45,968 nt of DNA from Candidatus Dojkabacteria bacterium (GTDB lineage: Bacteria; Patescibacteriota; Dojkabacteria; JAOAGR01), in assembly GCA_048615375.1 (NCBI GenBank), contig JBMCLJ010000001.1:1-45968 (forward strand), read 5' to 3'. Each line of letters starts with the position of its first letter. Within the stretch, counting starts at the first letter, position 1. The position numbers were made by a program, and so were the translations under genes. The notes under the pieces were generated by a model. The model was not told where the DNA came from, did not search any database, and saw only the letters and a list, made by a program, of their open reading frames with translations. Shown here piece by piece: positions 44,951 through 45,968 of this stretch.

Positions 44951-45916
44951 TCATGTTAGATTCTGTTCCAAATAAATCTTCATATTTTGAGTGATAGTAG
45001 GTTTAATAACATCCCATTTCTGCTGGTACATAGAGATTTCTTCATTAAGTCTTCTCCTGCTTCTTTTGATCCAGGTAATAATACTTAAGGTAATATGATT
45101 CCTTTGAGATCGTCCCGAGTGAGACTGACATTTCTCTAAACCACAGCATTGTTTTAACTCTCTGTGGTATACCTCGATCTCCCATCTGCCTTTGAAGACT
45201 TTTTTGATTTCTTCTCTTGTTGGGTTTTCTTGATTAGTACCTACATAATCCGTGCGTCCGTCTCTGGATACAAACCGGAATACTGTTATAAATCCATAAC
45301 CCTTTAAATGAACTTTTACTCCTTGTTCTGGTATATCAAGTGTTCTTAATTCCTGCTTTCTGTTTACATGTCTATTGCTTTTTAACCCCATTACCCAAAC
45401 CCATCCAAGTTGCCTTATGCACTTTAGGTTATCAAGGCTTGAGTACCATGAGTCTGCTACTACATACTCTGGTGTTAATCCTCGTTTGTGAGTATTGATA
45501 AGCATCTCTCTAAAGTGATCATTTTTGGTTTTTCCATCTTCTGGTGGATTGTAAATTCTGTAATCAAATGGAACTTTATCGTCTTCCATCAATGCCACAA
45601 AGTTAAGTATACCTATTCCAGGTATTGTCTCATGAACGTTTCCAGAACACTGCCAGTTTACAAGCTCTATTGCTTTGCTTCTGGATTTATCTGCTACGGT
45701 ATCATCTGCCATGAGAATGAAGGGTTTATTAATATATTTTGATGCCTCTTCCCATATGTCTGAAGGACTGTATTTATGATCTTTAAGCCAGCGGGAGATG
45801 GAATCGTGTGATACGTTAACAGGAGATACTTCTGACATAGATAGAGAGCTGTATCTATCAGCTGTGCTCATCAAAAATGAGCAATATAATTCTTTGCTAC
45901 ATTTACTTTGTGACAT
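44951..45916 (-). CDS. IS701/IS4-superfamily DDE transposase
   Basis: 321 aa with LMADDTVADKS, YVVADSWYSS and GRWEIEVYHRELKQCCGLEKCQ. The flanking inverted repeats are weak (CCCTATAGG at 44941 against CCCTCTATAAG on the minus strand at 45955-45965). The element may run off the window end. Confidence 0.8.
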   Translation of the reverse strand: MSQSKCSKELYCSFLMSTADRYSSLSMSEVSPVNVSHDSISRWLKDHKYSPSDIWEEASKYINKPFILMADDTVADKSRSKAIELVNWQCSGNVHETIPGIGILNFVALMEDDKVPFDYRIYNPPEDGKTKNDHFREMLINTHKRGLTPEYVVADSWYSSLDNLKCIRQLGWVWVMGLKSNRHVNRKQELRTLDIPEQGVKVHLKGYGFITVFRFVSRDGRTDYVGTNQENPTREEIKKVFKGRWEIEVYHRELKQCCGLEKCQSHSGRSQRNHITLSIITWIKRSRRRLNEEISMYQQKWDVIKPTITQNMKIYLEQNLT

Positions 45917-45968
45917 GGTAGTTTATTTTTATCTATACCATTATAAAACTTTTTCTTATAGAGGGTAG

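Noticed and set aside
44941-45968. Defined inverted repeats and target duplication for the IS701-like element.
   Set aside because: The only candidate ends (CCCTATAGG against CCCTCTATAAG) are short and imperfect. The right end coincides with the window edge, so the boundaries cannot be set.

Overview
This is a 46-kb bacterial chromosomal window under the standard genetic code, with genes densely packed on both strands. The backbone has mid-to-high 40s %GC, judged from spot counts of single 60-nt lines rather than a full calculation. Backbone genes are tmRNA, four tRNAs (Thr-UGU, Thr-GGU, Tyr-GUA, Glu-UUC), a Cys-less ribosomal protein L33 that is absent from the ORF track, PepT, an arginase-family enzyme, TlyA, an HI0933-type flavoprotein, RtcB, a long form II/III-like RuBisCO large subunit, an RND efflux permease and a CsoR-family repressor. 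The RuBisCO, the RtcB and the many small unknown membrane or secreted proteins suggest a CPR/Patescibacteria-like organism, but that is only an inference. The accessory content falls into five groups. (1) A very AT-rich block of about 9 kb (spot counts near 22% GC) starts directly after tRNA-Glu and ends near an IS701-like transposase. Its core is a tightly packed operon of a Fur-family regulator, two CooC-like P-loop NTPases whose C-x-C metal motif is replaced by C-Y-H, a fold-type-III PLP decarboxylase, a CysK-like enzyme fused to rhodanese, a SAM methyltransferase and a SufS-like cysteine desulfurase. I cannot match this gene set to a described pathway, and it is my best candidate for an undescribed metal-responsive sulfur, metallophore or metallocentre system. 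(2) A mobile/defence hot spot at 21-30.5 kb holds a Phd-like antitoxin, an AbiEi/AbiEii cassette bounded by perfect 34-bp direct repeats, a SAMHD1/dGTPase-like HD protein and two COG1373/DUF4143 AAA ATPases. Three separate cassettes in the 21-35 kb stretch are bracketed by duplicated host sequence. (3) A 1.1-kb gene-free region carries two consensus sigma70-type promoters and a candidate structured RNA of about 290 nt built from two hairpins that share an identical 32-nt module. (4) A lower-GC block abuts the 3' end of ssrA and contains an internally deleted IS982-like element and a frameshifted gene. (5) Short conserved promoter-like repeats lie around the tRNA genes. No CRISPR array, rRNA gene or integrase gene was seen.
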